From Desulfocapsa sulfexigens DSM 10523 (GTDB lineage: Bacteria > Desulfobacterota > Desulfobulbia > Desulfobulbales > Desulfocapsaceae): 32,000 bases of DNA. Below are positions 17,697 through 26,992 of this stretch, piece after piece. Positions within the stretch are counted from its first letter, which is position 1. Every line of letters begins with the position of its first letter. Made by a program: the position numbers and the translations under genes. The stretch is from positions 1,140,001 to 1,172,000 of the forward strand of contig NC_020304.1 in NCBI RefSeq assembly GCF_000341395.1, in the 5' to 3' direction. The notes under the pieces were generated by a model. The model did not search any database. It was given only the letters and a program-made list of their open reading frames with translations, and was not told where the DNA came from.

Positions 17697-19613
17697 TTAT
17701 TCTTTTTTTCCTTTTTTTAAGGCACGAATAATATGCTGCAGTTTCAGGTATTCTTCCTTGGTCAGAATGTGCTCTGAGTATAGAGCAGGGGTAAAAATTT
17801 CGGCAAATTCCTGGCAGAGCGGATCTTTCAGCCTGGAAGCCAGTTCATGGAGGCCCATGTTCCGAGGAATGGGTTCATTCCTGTATTTTTTACGGAGACC
17901 ACTGTGATACTGTTTTAAAATTCTTTCTTCCCTGCTGCTCATTTTCCAGTGAAATCCACTCCATATGATAAACACACTCAGGCAGATACAGAGCAAGGGA
18001 TACATGTCCTGCCAGCTCATATTCCAGTTTTTTTGAAATGATCGGAAATTATTCCCGGTATTCCTGACAAGGCTGAACTGTTTCTTGAAGTCGTAGGTGA
18101 TAACCGCCTGGGTCCAGAAATAGTCAATACTGTCAACAGCCTGTCGAAGTAGGGAAAACCCAGATCTTCTTCCACCCAAAGGAGACTCGACATAATTCTG
18201 TGCAAGTCGGGTAGGGTCAATCCGCTGCCAGCGACCATCAACGAGGGCCTCAACCCACACATGGGCCATGGCATCGGTTACTTGATAATAGCCTCCCAGG
18301 TTGTTGTAATTTCCCCCATAATAGCCACCGACAAGTCGAGATGGCACATCGGCCATACGCAGGAGAAGTGCAAAAGATGAAGCAAAAAACTCACAGTAGC
18401 CCCGTTTTTTGGAAAAAAGAAATGTTTCAATGGGGGCATCAGGGCCGGGAAGGTCATCATTTGCGTAGGTTAAATTTTGCCTGAGAAAGAATGATTTGAG
18501 TAACTCAACTCGTTCTTGCCTTGATGCCCCCTCTTTTCGTATGGTGGCAGCAGTCTCAAGAAGAAGAGGGGACTCAAGAGGGGGAGTTCTCAGGTAGAAC
18601 GACTCGTCAACGGTTTCCACTGTTTTCAAGGTTCCGCCAACACGGGAAGTAACACCTATTTTTGTGCTTTTATCCATGCGTCTTTTGGCCAGAAATACCA
18701 GGTCATTACTTTTCTGATAGCGTACTCCTGAAAGGGACAGAGGCAGATCGAGGCTGAATAAAAAATTGTTATTTTGAATTGGAAGATAGAGGTTGCACTG
18801 TACCCTCTTACCTCCTGTAACGATGGATTTTTCAGAGGGAAGTTGGCTGCGGCTCCAGGTTTCATTGTCAATCGTGTTGAGCACAGTTCCACGCCAATAA
18901 AGTGAGGACTGTGGAAGTGTGGGACACTGGGCTCGAAAGGCGATGTTTGTTCCTGCAGTCATGTTGGCAATACTCCCTGGCCGGACTTCATCACTGAACC
19001 CGGAAACAGCAGAAGCACCCATGTTGATGAAATGCCAGAGTGGATGCTCTGTTCGAGGCAGGATAACGAAAAAGAGAAGCATGAGTACCAGGGAGACAAC
19101 GGGAAGTATGGCGGCTGTTCTGATTATGGTGAAAAACTGTGAAACTGGGAGACGTAACCCCGGTTCCCTTGTGTAAAAAGTGAGAAGCACCAGGCCAATG
19201 GTGATGCCAAAGACCAGGAAAATCAGGGCCGGGAAAAAGACAATACTGACACTGAACATGGAGGAACTGGCCAGGGCAAAGAGGGATAAAACAAAAATCT
19301 GTAGATAATTTCTTCCGTTTTTTTCGGTAAAAAGGCGCATGCCAAAGAGAATAGCAACCATGTTGACAACCGGTTCCACGATGTTTGCGAGACTCAGTTG
19401 ACTGGCGTAAAAAAGAAAAAAGGCAAGTGAAAGCACGGTCACTATATGGCCACGAAGCAGATAATGCCCCTTCAAATCAGAGCCAAAACCGCACACAAAT
19501 GCCACGGGCAGGAATATCTGGGCTGGAAGGCTGAGCCAGATATAGAGTGGACCGACCGCAACAATACTCACTGAATAGGCTATGAAATTAAGGGGCTTTT
19601 GTATCTTTAGCAT
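17697..19613 (-). CDS. transglutaminase-like membrane protein (DUF3488-type N-terminal TM domain plus TGase core)
   Basis: 638 aa. The N-terminus is multi-TM. The transglutaminase Cys-His-Asp core is RGYCEFFASSFALLLR ... AHVWVEA ... RIDPT. A C-terminal TM segment and a charged tail follow. It overlaps the DUF58 gene by 26 nt. Confidence 0.85.
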   Translation of the reverse strand: MLKIQKPLNFIAYSVSIVAVGPLYIWLSLPAQIFLPVAFVCGFGSDLKGHYLLRGHIVTVLSLAFFLFYASQLSLANIVEPVVNMVAILFGMRLFTEKNGRNYLQIFVLSLFALASSSMFSVSIVFFPALIFLVFGITIGLVLLTFYTREPGLRLPVSQFFTIIRTAAILPVVSLVLMLLFFVILPRTEHPLWHFINMGASAVSGFSDEVRPGSIANMTAGTNIAFRAQCPTLPQSSLYWRGTVLNTIDNETWSRSQLPSEKSIVTGGKRVQCNLYLPIQNNNFLFSLDLPLSLSGVRYQKSNDLVFLAKRRMDKSTKIGVTSRVGGTLKTVETVDESFYLRTPPLESPLLLETAATIRKEGASRQERVELLKSFFLRQNLTYANDDLPGPDAPIETFLFSKKRGYCEFFASSFALLLRMADVPSRLVGGYYGGNYNNLGGYYQVTDAMAHVWVEALVDGRWQRIDPTRLAQNYVESPLGGRRSGFSLLRQAVDSIDYFWTQAVITYDFKKQFSLVRNTGNNFRSFQKNWNMSWQDMYPLLCICLSVFIIWSGFHWKMSSREERILKQYHSGLRKKYRNEPIPRNMGLHELASRLKDPLCQEFAEIFTPALYSEHILTKEEYLKLQHIIRALKKGKKE

Positions 19614-20421
19614 AACGGGCCAGTGCAGTAAGAAGGGTGTATTTGTGTTGACGTCCGGTTCCTGCAGGGTAAACAGATTCCTCCAGCCTCAGTCCCACTG
19701 GCCGATTGGAGCGAGTGAACTCATTTATGAGAAACGATGCGCAGCTGAGCCTTGATTCAAGGCTTGTTCCCGGGAGATTGTGCGGATCGATTTCAACCGG
19801 TTCAGCACCAGTCGAAGAAAGCTCTTTGATCTTTAAGGTATCGTGTCGGGCAGAGAGTTTCCAGTGCACCATCTTTAATGGTTCACCGCCTTGATAATCA
19901 CCAATACGGGTGATGTCTCCTTCGTAGCCTTTCTGGGGAGATTCGTTTTTCATCCCGGCCTGCCGGGAAAAGAATGAAAGGGCAGATCCACAAGGGAGCG
20001 GTTTTGGAAAAACAACTATGGTCTGTTCTATTGTAATGGTTCGGGATCGAATAAAAAAATTGATTGGAAAATTTGACTGGATGCCTAGTGTATGGCGGAG
20101 ATGATCACCACGCCCATTGAAGGTTACTGGAATGTTGACCTTTTTCCTGGCTCCTTTGAATAAAATGGGAATAGGCGCACTGCACTGTTTTTGAAAAAGG
20201 ATTTCAAGGAGAAAACTATGCATAAAACGCCTGTTGTTTTTAATGGATACCGTTAGCAGGGTTTCCACTCCGTCATAAATCTCTTCTGGAGGTTCCAGAT
20301 AGATGGCGAGGTTCTTGAGATTCTGATTTCCAAGAATACCAGAAATGGACATAAAACCAAGGAGCGCTGAAACGATCAGGTAGAGCAGGTTATTGCCGGT
20401 GTTCACTGCACCGAACCCCAA
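19588..20421 (-). CDS. DUF58 domain protein (N-terminus probably extends upstream, to about 20502)
   Basis: The DUF58 signature is GDYQGGEPLKMVHWKLSARHDTLKIKE, with an N-terminal NTGNNLLYL motif. The TTG at 20421 cuts the first TM helix. The upstream in-frame sequence (RLKLTRAGSLYIAITLI) is DUF58-like but contains no ATG, GTG or TTG. Confidence 0.8.
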   Translation of the reverse strand: MGFGAVNTGNNLLYLIVSALLGFMSISGILGNQNLKNLAIYLEPPEEIYDGVETLLTVSIKNNRRFMHSFLLEILFQKQCSAPIPILFKGARKKVNIPVTFNGRGDHLRHTLGIQSNFPINFFIRSRTITIEQTIVVFPKPLPCGSALSFFSRQAGMKNESPQKGYEGDITRIGDYQGGEPLKMVHWKLSARHDTLKIKELSSTGAEPVEIDPHNLPGTSLESRLSCASFLINEFTRSNRPVGLRLEESVYPAGTGRQHKYTLLTALARYAKDTKAP

Positions 20422-20465
20422 TATAAGGGTAATTGCAATATAGAGGCTGCCTGCCCGGGTCAGTT

Positions 20466-21410
20466 TCAGACGATGGGAACGGAAACGCTTTGCAGAATTG
20501 ATTGTAAAACCTCCTGCTTGTTCAGGGATTCATGTTCCTGGCGCATGATCAGGCGATGGGCACCAACGGGAGTGGCAATGTATTTCACATCTTCAGGTAT
20601 GACGTAATCCCGTTTTTCCAGATAGGCGGCAGCCCGGGCAGCGGAAGCCATATTGATGGCTCCACGGGTCGATATTCCTGTGAGGATAAAAGGGTGCTCA
20701 CGGCTTGCCAGGGATATCCTGAAGATATAATCAACCAGTTTCTCGGAGAGGTGGATGGCCGCCACAGCATGACGTGCCTCTTCAATTTCTTCGAGGCTGA
20801 CCATGGGCTCAATTTCCATCATTTTCTTTCGAATACCACCATGGCGGATAATGGCCTTTTCGAGCTCTTCCGGGGGATAGCCGATCCCCGTTGTGATCAG
20901 GAATCGATCCATTTGTGATTCGGGTAACGGGTACGTACCAATCTGTTCCACAGGATTCTGGGTGGCGATAACCATAAAGGGTTCGGGCAAAGAATAGGTC
21001 TCTCCTTCTATGGTGACTTTTCCTTCCTCCATGGCTTCGAGCATGGCACTCTGGGTTTTTGGCATGGCCCGGTTAATTTCATCGGCCAGGAGAATGTTGC
21101 TAAAGATGGGCCCTTTGATAAAACGGAATTGGCTCTTTTCCCGATCAAAGATGGACAGCCCGGTGATATCAGAAGGAAGAAGATCACTGGTGCATTGTAT
21201 GCGGCCAAAGGAGAGACCAAGGGCTCTTGCAAAAGCCAAAGCCAGGGTGGTTTTGCCAAGACCCGGTATATCTTCCAGGAGAAGGTGCCCCTCTGAGAGC
21301 AGGGCGATGATGGCCATTTTAAGAGCGCGACTTTTTCCTTGAAGATACTTATGGGACAGCTGTTCAATTAAATTGAGTATGTTCGCCTGATGTGTCAGGT
21401 CTGGGCTCAT
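20466..21410 (-). CDS. MoxR-family AAA+ ATPase
   Basis: 314 aa. Walker A is PGLGKTTLA and Walker B is ILLADEINRAMPKTQSAMLEAMEE. ATQNP and the typical MoxR C-terminal lid are present. Confidence 0.9.
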   Translation of the reverse strand: MSPDLTHQANILNLIEQLSHKYLQGKSRALKMAIIALLSEGHLLLEDIPGLGKTTLALAFARALGLSFGRIQCTSDLLPSDITGLSIFDREKSQFRFIKGPIFSNILLADEINRAMPKTQSAMLEAMEEGKVTIEGETYSLPEPFMVIATQNPVEQIGTYPLPESQMDRFLITTGIGYPPEELEKAIIRHGGIRKKMMEIEPMVSLEEIEEARHAVAAIHLSEKLVDYIFRISLASREHPFILTGISTRGAINMASAARAAAYLEKRDYVIPEDVKYIATPVGAHRLIMRQEHESLNKQEVLQSILQSVSVPIV

Positions 21411-21457
21411 ATTTTTTCTACCTTAACTTAAGTGATAAAAATTCGTTTTCCAGCAGC

Positions 21458-21589
21458 AATGTCCCAAATTGTGAAACAGGCTCCCAGCCACTCACATTTC
21501 CACCAAACCATAGAAAATACCCTATAATACCCCTCTAAAAAAACAACATTAAAAAGACACAGCAGGGGGAGGCAGTCAATATTCCATTA
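21458..21589 (-). repeat. copy B of duplicated promoter/leader module (upstream of the MoxR gene)
   Basis: Plus-strand blocks AATGTCCCA (21458-21466), AGCCACTCACATTTCCACCAAA (21486-21507) and CAGGGGGAGGCAGTCAATATTCCATTA (to 21589). Relative to copy A it has roughly 35 nt of extra sequence in two AT-rich insertions: about 21 nt at about 21511-21531, and about 14 nt between the A-run and the CAGGGGGAGG block. Confidence 0.7.
21572..21586 (-). promoter_or_regulatory. sigma54-like -24/-12 element (candidate)
   Basis: The minus strand reads TGGAATATTGACTGC, with the same GG-N10-GC spacing as copy A. Confidence 0.3.
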
Positions 21590-21943
21590 CGGCCATCGCT
21601 TTCACCGTGCTCTCCGAAGAAAAAAATTGAGAAAAATGATATTTTTTGTCAGTAGTGTCGGTTAAAGTAAGAAAAGCAAAGCATAATGAATGATCACAGA
21701 TTGTAAGCTATTTGTGTGGCGCCTCCTATTTCTCCGTTCGATCGAATTTTGGTGGCCCGGATGATGACCCAATTTCAGGATATGATTCTGGTCATATGGC
21801 GTTTGACCAACATGAGGTTCTTCGGATGAGACGGTGTGAAGTATGGCATAATGCTATAGAAATACTAACATAAAAAACAGCCACCCCACTCTGTTATCCC
21901 CCGTATTTAATGGTAACTTCCGGTAGGAAGTAAGGAATAAGTT

Positions 21944-23725
21944 ATGAAAGTACGTTGGAAAATCACCCTGTTTTTATTTGTCTTTCTTGTAGCGACTTGT
22001 GTCTACGCAGGTGGAGGAAGCCAGGCATCGCAGCCGACTGGTGGAGCCTTTCCGCCGGATTTTGCAAGTTATCAGGATGCGGATATGACCAGCGTGGGCG
22101 AGATCCTTAAACACCGGGTCAGTCATACGCCATTCAACCTGGTCGCCACACTCATCTTCCTGGTTGCTATCATTCACACATTTCTCAGTAGTAAGTTTCT
22201 CTACTATGCTCATAAATGGAAGGCCGAGCATCAGAAAGAGATCGAGACAGGTCGGGAATCGGAGGACTCTACCCATCTCCTCTCGGAAATATTTCATTTT
22301 TTAGGCGAGGTTGAGGTCGTTTTCGGGCTCTGGGCCGTGGCTCTCTGTGGTGCTGTTGTCTTTTTTTTCGACTGGCATACCTTTGTCAACTATGTTAGCG
22401 GAGTCAATTACACGGAACCGATGTTTGTCGTGGTGATCATGACCCTGGCCTCTTCCCGTCCTATTTTGAAGCTCTCGGAAAATCTCATGAGCCGCATCGC
22501 TGCGGTTTTCAACAGCACCTTGGCTGCCTGGTGGCTGACCATCATGACCCTGGGACCGATTCTCGGTTCCTTCATAACCGAACCAGCCGCCATGACCATT
22601 TCCGCACTACTGCTGGCCCGCAAATGCTATGAGTTGCAGCCCAGTGACAAATTCAAATACGCCACCATCGCTCTTCTCTTTGTCAACATTTCAGTCGGCG
22701 GCACCCTGACTCATTTTGCCGCGCCACCAGTCTTGATGGTTGCAGCCCCCTGGAATTGGGACCTTCCCTTCATGTTTACCACCTTTGGCTGGAAGTCCGT
22801 CATTGGTATTATTATTTCAAACACCATGGTCTTTCTGCTCTTCAAAAAAGAAATTGCCGGCCTGGAAAAGAAATTCAAGATGACCCTGCTCAAGGATGAA
22901 ATCAAAGAGAAGTATATCCACAGCGAATATCTAAAAAAAGACTTGCAGATGGCCGAGGAGCGTATCGCTAAAGATCTCCAGCAAGAGTATGATCTTATCA
23001 AGGAAGCCGCCAGGGAGTCTACCCTGACCGCCGGCTGCTGGAAGGATGATGAAGACTGCACATTGCTTGAAGAGACCTTTGAGCAGGAGTTTGAGAACCT
23101 CAGGATGCAGCAGATGAGTGTCTCAGTGCCGGGCCTGCTCCCCCGGGACAAGCGACCCAAAATGAATGACCCCAACTGGGACAATCGCAGTGGGGAGGTA
23201 CCTGGCTGGATCATGGCCATCCATGTGGCCTTTATGGTCTGGACCATTGTTAATGCCCATTATCCTGCTATCTTTGTCTCCGGTATGCTCTTCTTCGTCG
23301 GCTTTGCCCATGTCACCTGGCCCTTCCAGAACACGGTTAACCTGAAACCACCCATGCTGGTAGGCTTCTTTCTTGGCGGCCTGGTGATTCACGGTGGCTT
23401 GCAGGGATGGTGGATTGCTCCAGTGTTGGGCAGCCTGGGCGAACTCCCCCTGATGTTAAGCGCCACAGTTCTCACCGCTTTTAATGATAATGCTGCCATC
23501 ACTTATCTGAGCACCTTGGTACCGGGCCTGACCGACAACCTCAAGTATGCGGTGGTAGCAGGTGCCGTTACCGGGGGTGGCCTGACCATTATCGCCAATG
23601 CTCCCAATCCGGCCGGACAGGCAATCCTGAAAAATTACTTCAGTAATGGCGTGTCTCCGATAAGGCTGTTGCTTTATGCCTTCGGGCCAACGGTCGTCAT
23701 GACGCTCTGCTTTTTATTTCTCTAG
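21944..23725 (+). CDS. large polytopic membrane protein, possible cation/proton antiporter-like transporter (family uncertain)
   Basis: 593 aa. It has a signal-like N-terminus and about 12-13 hydrophobic helices. A charged insert of about 120 aa, predicted coiled-coil, lies in the middle (KKEIAGLEKKFK...EQEFENLRMQQ). RBS AAGGAA is upstream. It resembles the putative Na+/H+ antiporter (DUF1504-like) family only by recollection and this is unverified. Confidence 0.55.
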   Translation: MKVRWKITLFLFVFLVATCVYAGGGSQASQPTGGAFPPDFASYQDADMTSVGEILKHRVSHTPFNLVATLIFLVAIIHTFLSSKFLYYAHKWKAEHQKEIETGRESEDSTHLLSEIFHFLGEVEVVFGLWAVALCGAVVFFFDWHTFVNYVSGVNYTEPMFVVVIMTLASSRPILKLSENLMSRIAAVFNSTLAAWWLTIMTLGPILGSFITEPAAMTISALLLARKCYELQPSDKFKYATIALLFVNISVGGTLTHFAAPPVLMVAAPWNWDLPFMFTTFGWKSVIGIIISNTMVFLLFKKEIAGLEKKFKMTLLKDEIKEKYIHSEYLKKDLQMAEERIAKDLQQEYDLIKEAARESTLTAGCWKDDEDCTLLEETFEQEFENLRMQQMSVSVPGLLPRDKRPKMNDPNWDNRSGEVPGWIMAIHVAFMVWTIVNAHYPAIFVSGMLFFVGFAHVTWPFQNTVNLKPPMLVGFFLGGLVIHGGLQGWWIAPVLGSLGELPLMLSATVLTAFNDNAAITYLSTLVPGLTDNLKYAVVAGAVTGGGLTIIANAPNPAGQAILKNYFSNGVSPIRLLLYAFGPTVVMTLCFLFL

Positions 23726-23889
23726 GCTAGAGAGGGGAAAGGACCGTTTCAAATGAAGAGAATTCGCCTTCCAGTAAATAGTTTACCGTTTTACCGATCA
23801 TCTGCCTTTTATGGGTTCGCTGCCGGTTAGTTCGTACAAAAATTAGGGGGTTTTTTAGAAATCACTATGTCATGGATTTCTCCAGCATT

Positions 23890-25308
23890 TCACTTTCTAG
23901 CGTCCTCCACCAGATTTTTATGTAAAGCAGCAACCGCCTTCTGGAAATCTTGTTCTTCAACGACAAACTGGATATCCACCTGGCGCATGCATTTATGCAG
24001 ACCAAGGATATCCACGCCAGCATTGGCTAGGGCGTGAACTGCAGTGGGCAAAACCCATGTGTCGGCCATGTTAGTGCCGATTACGGATACCAGGGCTACC
24101 TTTTTCACCAGGATATCGGCATTGGGAAAAGATTGCTGTATGGAACTGGTAAGTTTTTTGATCCTTCCCAATGGCTCAGCCACATAATGGGTCAGGGTGT
24201 TGGCGTTGCTGTCTTTTGCCAGGTAACGTATTTTAAGATTTGTGAAGTGTTTGAGAAGTTCGGAGTCATGGTCCCAGCGGCCGACCATGTCCTGATCCCA
24301 CACCTCGATGCCGGTAATCCCCTGGCGACTGGCAATGATTTCCACCCTGGCATCCTCACTCTTGTAGGTGTTGGTGATCAAGGTACCGGGGTGATCCGGT
24401 TCAAAGACATTTTTGATTCGCAGAGGGATGTCGGCTTTCCGCATTCCCCGCGCAGCCCCGGGATGAATAGCTTCCATGCCAAGATCCGAGAGCTGATCCG
24501 CCACATCATAGTTGGTATCTCCAATGACCTCGACCTTGTCTGCCCCTACCATATTGGGATCACCACTACTCAAATGGTATTCCTTGTGAATGACCCCTTC
24601 TCTTGCTCCGGTGAGCACAGCAATCCTGCTGAAGGTGATTTCCGTATAGCCGCGGTCATAGGTGCCCATAATACCTTCTTTACACTTGGTATAGCCTGTG
24701 ACAATGGGAAGTTCAGTACTCAGGTCAATATCATTGAAATGTTTTTTTATTACTTCGTCGAAAGAGAGCTGCTCCGTCTCCATCCATCCGGAAAGATCGA
24801 CGAATCGTGCGTTAACTCCTTTGGCGTTCAGGATAAGATATGAATTATGAGCACTGTGAGCTTCGCCAATGGCAGAAAGCATTTCCCGCACTGTCATTAA
24901 GTGTTCACTCAACTGGAAATGACCAAAAGAGCAGAGTCTGGTCAGATCGAGCAAACAGTTGCGAACCCCTTCGATACGCTCTTTGACAAAGCGATCCGCC
25001 TGTATGACATCCAGGCCTAAACCTTCAAATCCTTTATTAATCTCACACATATACTGGCTCACCCGCGAAATGGCATCGCCCCAGGCCCAGGAATCATCGT
25101 CTCTGGAAAAAAGAGAGTATATTCCAGACTTTCTAGACTTTTTATGCTCAAGGAGATCATTGGTTATACCGCTATAGGCAGAAACCACAATGATTCTGTT
25201 ATACAGAGCTTCCTTGGTTCGGGTCCCAAGCAAAACATTGTCAAGCACCTTGTCGAACTGGCTCATGGAGGTGCCGCCGATTTTTTCAACGGTATGGATT
25301 CCCATCAT
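23890..25308 (-). CDS. ask: aspartate kinase, ectoine-cluster type (Ask_Ect)
   Basis: 472 aa. The N-terminal VEKIGGTSM kinase motif and C-terminal ACT-like region are present. Its ATG overlaps the ectC stop (ATGA), as in ectABC-ask operons. Confidence 0.9.
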   Translation of the reverse strand: MMGIHTVEKIGGTSMSQFDKVLDNVLLGTRTKEALYNRIIVVSAYSGITNDLLEHKKSRKSGIYSLFSRDDDSWAWGDAISRVSQYMCEINKGFEGLGLDVIQADRFVKERIEGVRNCLLDLTRLCSFGHFQLSEHLMTVREMLSAIGEAHSAHNSYLILNAKGVNARFVDLSGWMETEQLSFDEVIKKHFNDIDLSTELPIVTGYTKCKEGIMGTYDRGYTEITFSRIAVLTGAREGVIHKEYHLSSGDPNMVGADKVEVIGDTNYDVADQLSDLGMEAIHPGAARGMRKADIPLRIKNVFEPDHPGTLITNTYKSEDARVEIIASRQGITGIEVWDQDMVGRWDHDSELLKHFTNLKIRYLAKDSNANTLTHYVAEPLGRIKKLTSSIQQSFPNADILVKKVALVSVIGTNMADTWVLPTAVHALANAGVDILGLHKCMRQVDIQFVVEEQDFQKAVAALHKNLVEDARK

Positions 25309-25697
25309 TCCTCCTCAATCAGCTCATAAGATCCTTCACTGTCGTGGGTCTCACGGCCAGTTACCGGCGGATTAAAGGCGCAGATCAAACGCATATCTTC
25401 TGTACCGCCCCGCAGAATATGGCGGTCATTATTGTTAAGGGCATAGATCACACCGTCGTGGATTTGATGCGTTTCGCCACTGGCCAGATCTTCAATTGTG
25501 CCATTACCCGCGACACAATACACCGCCTCCAGGTGGTTTTTATACCAAAGCCTAAGCTCTGCCTTAGCCGGGATGATGGTTTCGTGGAAAGAAAAGCCCA
25601 TACCGTCTTTTTTGAGCAACAGCCGGCGTGACGTCCAGCCGTCTCCTTTCACTTCACGCTCAGTTCCCAAAATATCTTTTCTATCTCTTACTATCAT
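25305..25697 (-). CDS. ectC: L-ectoine synthase
   Basis: A 130 aa cupin: [16 protein letters not shown]...[22 protein letters not shown]...[11 protein letters not shown]. It is highly EctC-like. The start overlaps the ectB stop by 1 nt (TGATG). Confidence 0.95.
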   Translation of the reverse strand: MIVRDRKDILGTEREVKGDGWTSRRLLLKKDGMGFSFHETIIPAKAELRLWYKNHLEAVYCVAGNGTIEDLASGETHQIHDGVIYALNNNDRHILRGGTEDMRLICAFNPPVTGRETHDSEGSYELIEEE

Positions 25698-26971
25698 CAG
25701 AATTCACCTGTCAGGTTTTCTCTTTTTTCCTGGAGGATTTCGCCGATGGATTTGTCAACAATGGCGATACCGCGTAACAATGTTTCTTCATCAATGGTCA
25801 AAGCAGGCAAGAATTTTACCACCTGATCATCGGCTCCGGCCAGCTCAATAACCAGACCATTTTTAAAACATTTTTCAGAAATCTGACCACTCAAGCCATG
25901 CTCTGAAATCTCAAGACCATAGATCATGCCACGCCCACGAACCGATGCGTTCAGTTCCGGATACTTTTCAGCAATGGCCATCAATTCTTTTTCGATGACC
26001 GCACCTTTGTACTTTACAGCCTCGGAAAGATCGATACTGTCCCAGTAATGGAGAGCCTGATGGGAAGCGACGAATGCAAGGTTATTACCACGAAAGGTAC
26101 CGGTATGTTCACCGGGTTTCCACTGGTCAAGATCCGGCCGCATGAGAATAAAAGCCAAGGGCAGTCCGCCACCGATTGCCTTGGACAGACAGACAATATC
26201 AGGCTTTATTCCCGCCTCTTCAAAACTGAAGAAATCACCACTGCGTCCGTTGCCCACCTGGATGTCATCGACAATCAGGAGGATATCAAACTCATAGCAT
26301 ATGTTGGCCAGCTCTTTGAGCCATTCTGTGCTTGCGATATTCACCCCGCCTTCTGCTTGGATGGTTTCCAGAATTATGGCTGCAGGTAGATCCAACCCGC
26401 TGGAATTGTCGACAAGCATCTTGCGCAGCAGCTCAAGGGTATTACAATCCGGCCCGAGATAGCTGTCAAAAGGCATAAAGCTGACATTGGAACGACTGAT
26501 GTACGCCTCATCCCGATACTGACTGTTGCCGGTGATAGCCAGCGACCCCATGGTAAGCCCATGATAGCCATTGGTAAAGCAGACAATATTGGAACGCCCT
26601 TTGACCATACGGGCAAGTTTAAGCGCGGTCTCCACCGCATTGGTTCCGGTGGGTCCGGTAAACTGGATCTTGTATTCCAGATTCCGGGGTTCAAGGATGG
26701 TATCATTGAACTTCTGCATGAACATCTGCTTGGCAACGGTGGCCATGTCCAAACCATGAACCAAACCATCGCTTTGCAGGTATTCGATCATAGCCTGGGA
26801 AATCTGCTCATTATTATGGCCATAATTCAAGGTGCCGGCTCCGGCAAAAAAATCAATGTACTCATTGTCATTCTCATCAACCATGATTGAGCCCTTGGCT
26901 GATTTGAAGATGACCGGAAAGGAGCGGATATAGCCTCGCACCTGGGATTCCATATTTTCAAAAATACGCAT
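25697..26971 (-). CDS. ectB: diaminobutyrate--2-oxoglutarate transaminase
   Basis: A 424 aa class-III aminotransferase. The N-terminus is [19 protein letters not shown] and the PLP lysine context is [14 protein letters not shown]. It sits between ectA and ectC. Confidence 0.95.
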   Translation of the reverse strand: MRIFENMESQVRGYIRSFPVIFKSAKGSIMVDENDNEYIDFFAGAGTLNYGHNNEQISQAMIEYLQSDGLVHGLDMATVAKQMFMQKFNDTILEPRNLEYKIQFTGPTGTNAVETALKLARMVKGRSNIVCFTNGYHGLTMGSLAITGNSQYRDEAYISRSNVSFMPFDSYLGPDCNTLELLRKMLVDNSSGLDLPAAIILETIQAEGGVNIASTEWLKELANICYEFDILLIVDDIQVGNGRSGDFFSFEEAGIKPDIVCLSKAIGGGLPLAFILMRPDLDQWKPGEHTGTFRGNNLAFVASHQALHYWDSIDLSEAVKYKGAVIEKELMAIAEKYPELNASVRGRGMIYGLEISEHGLSGQISEKCFKNGLVIELAGADDQVVKFLPALTIDEETLLRGIAIVDKSIGEILQEKRENLTGEF

Positions 26972-26992
26972 ATTTTTCTCCGTGAAAAAAGG

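Noticed and set aside
22711-23247. 178-aa minus-strand ORF
   Set aside because: It is antisense to the 593-aa membrane protein gene. It is Ser/Arg-rich with shadow-ORF composition.
24034-24843. 269-aa plus-strand ORF
   Set aside because: It is antisense to the aspartate kinase gene, which is strongly supported. It has no recognisable motifs or RBS.
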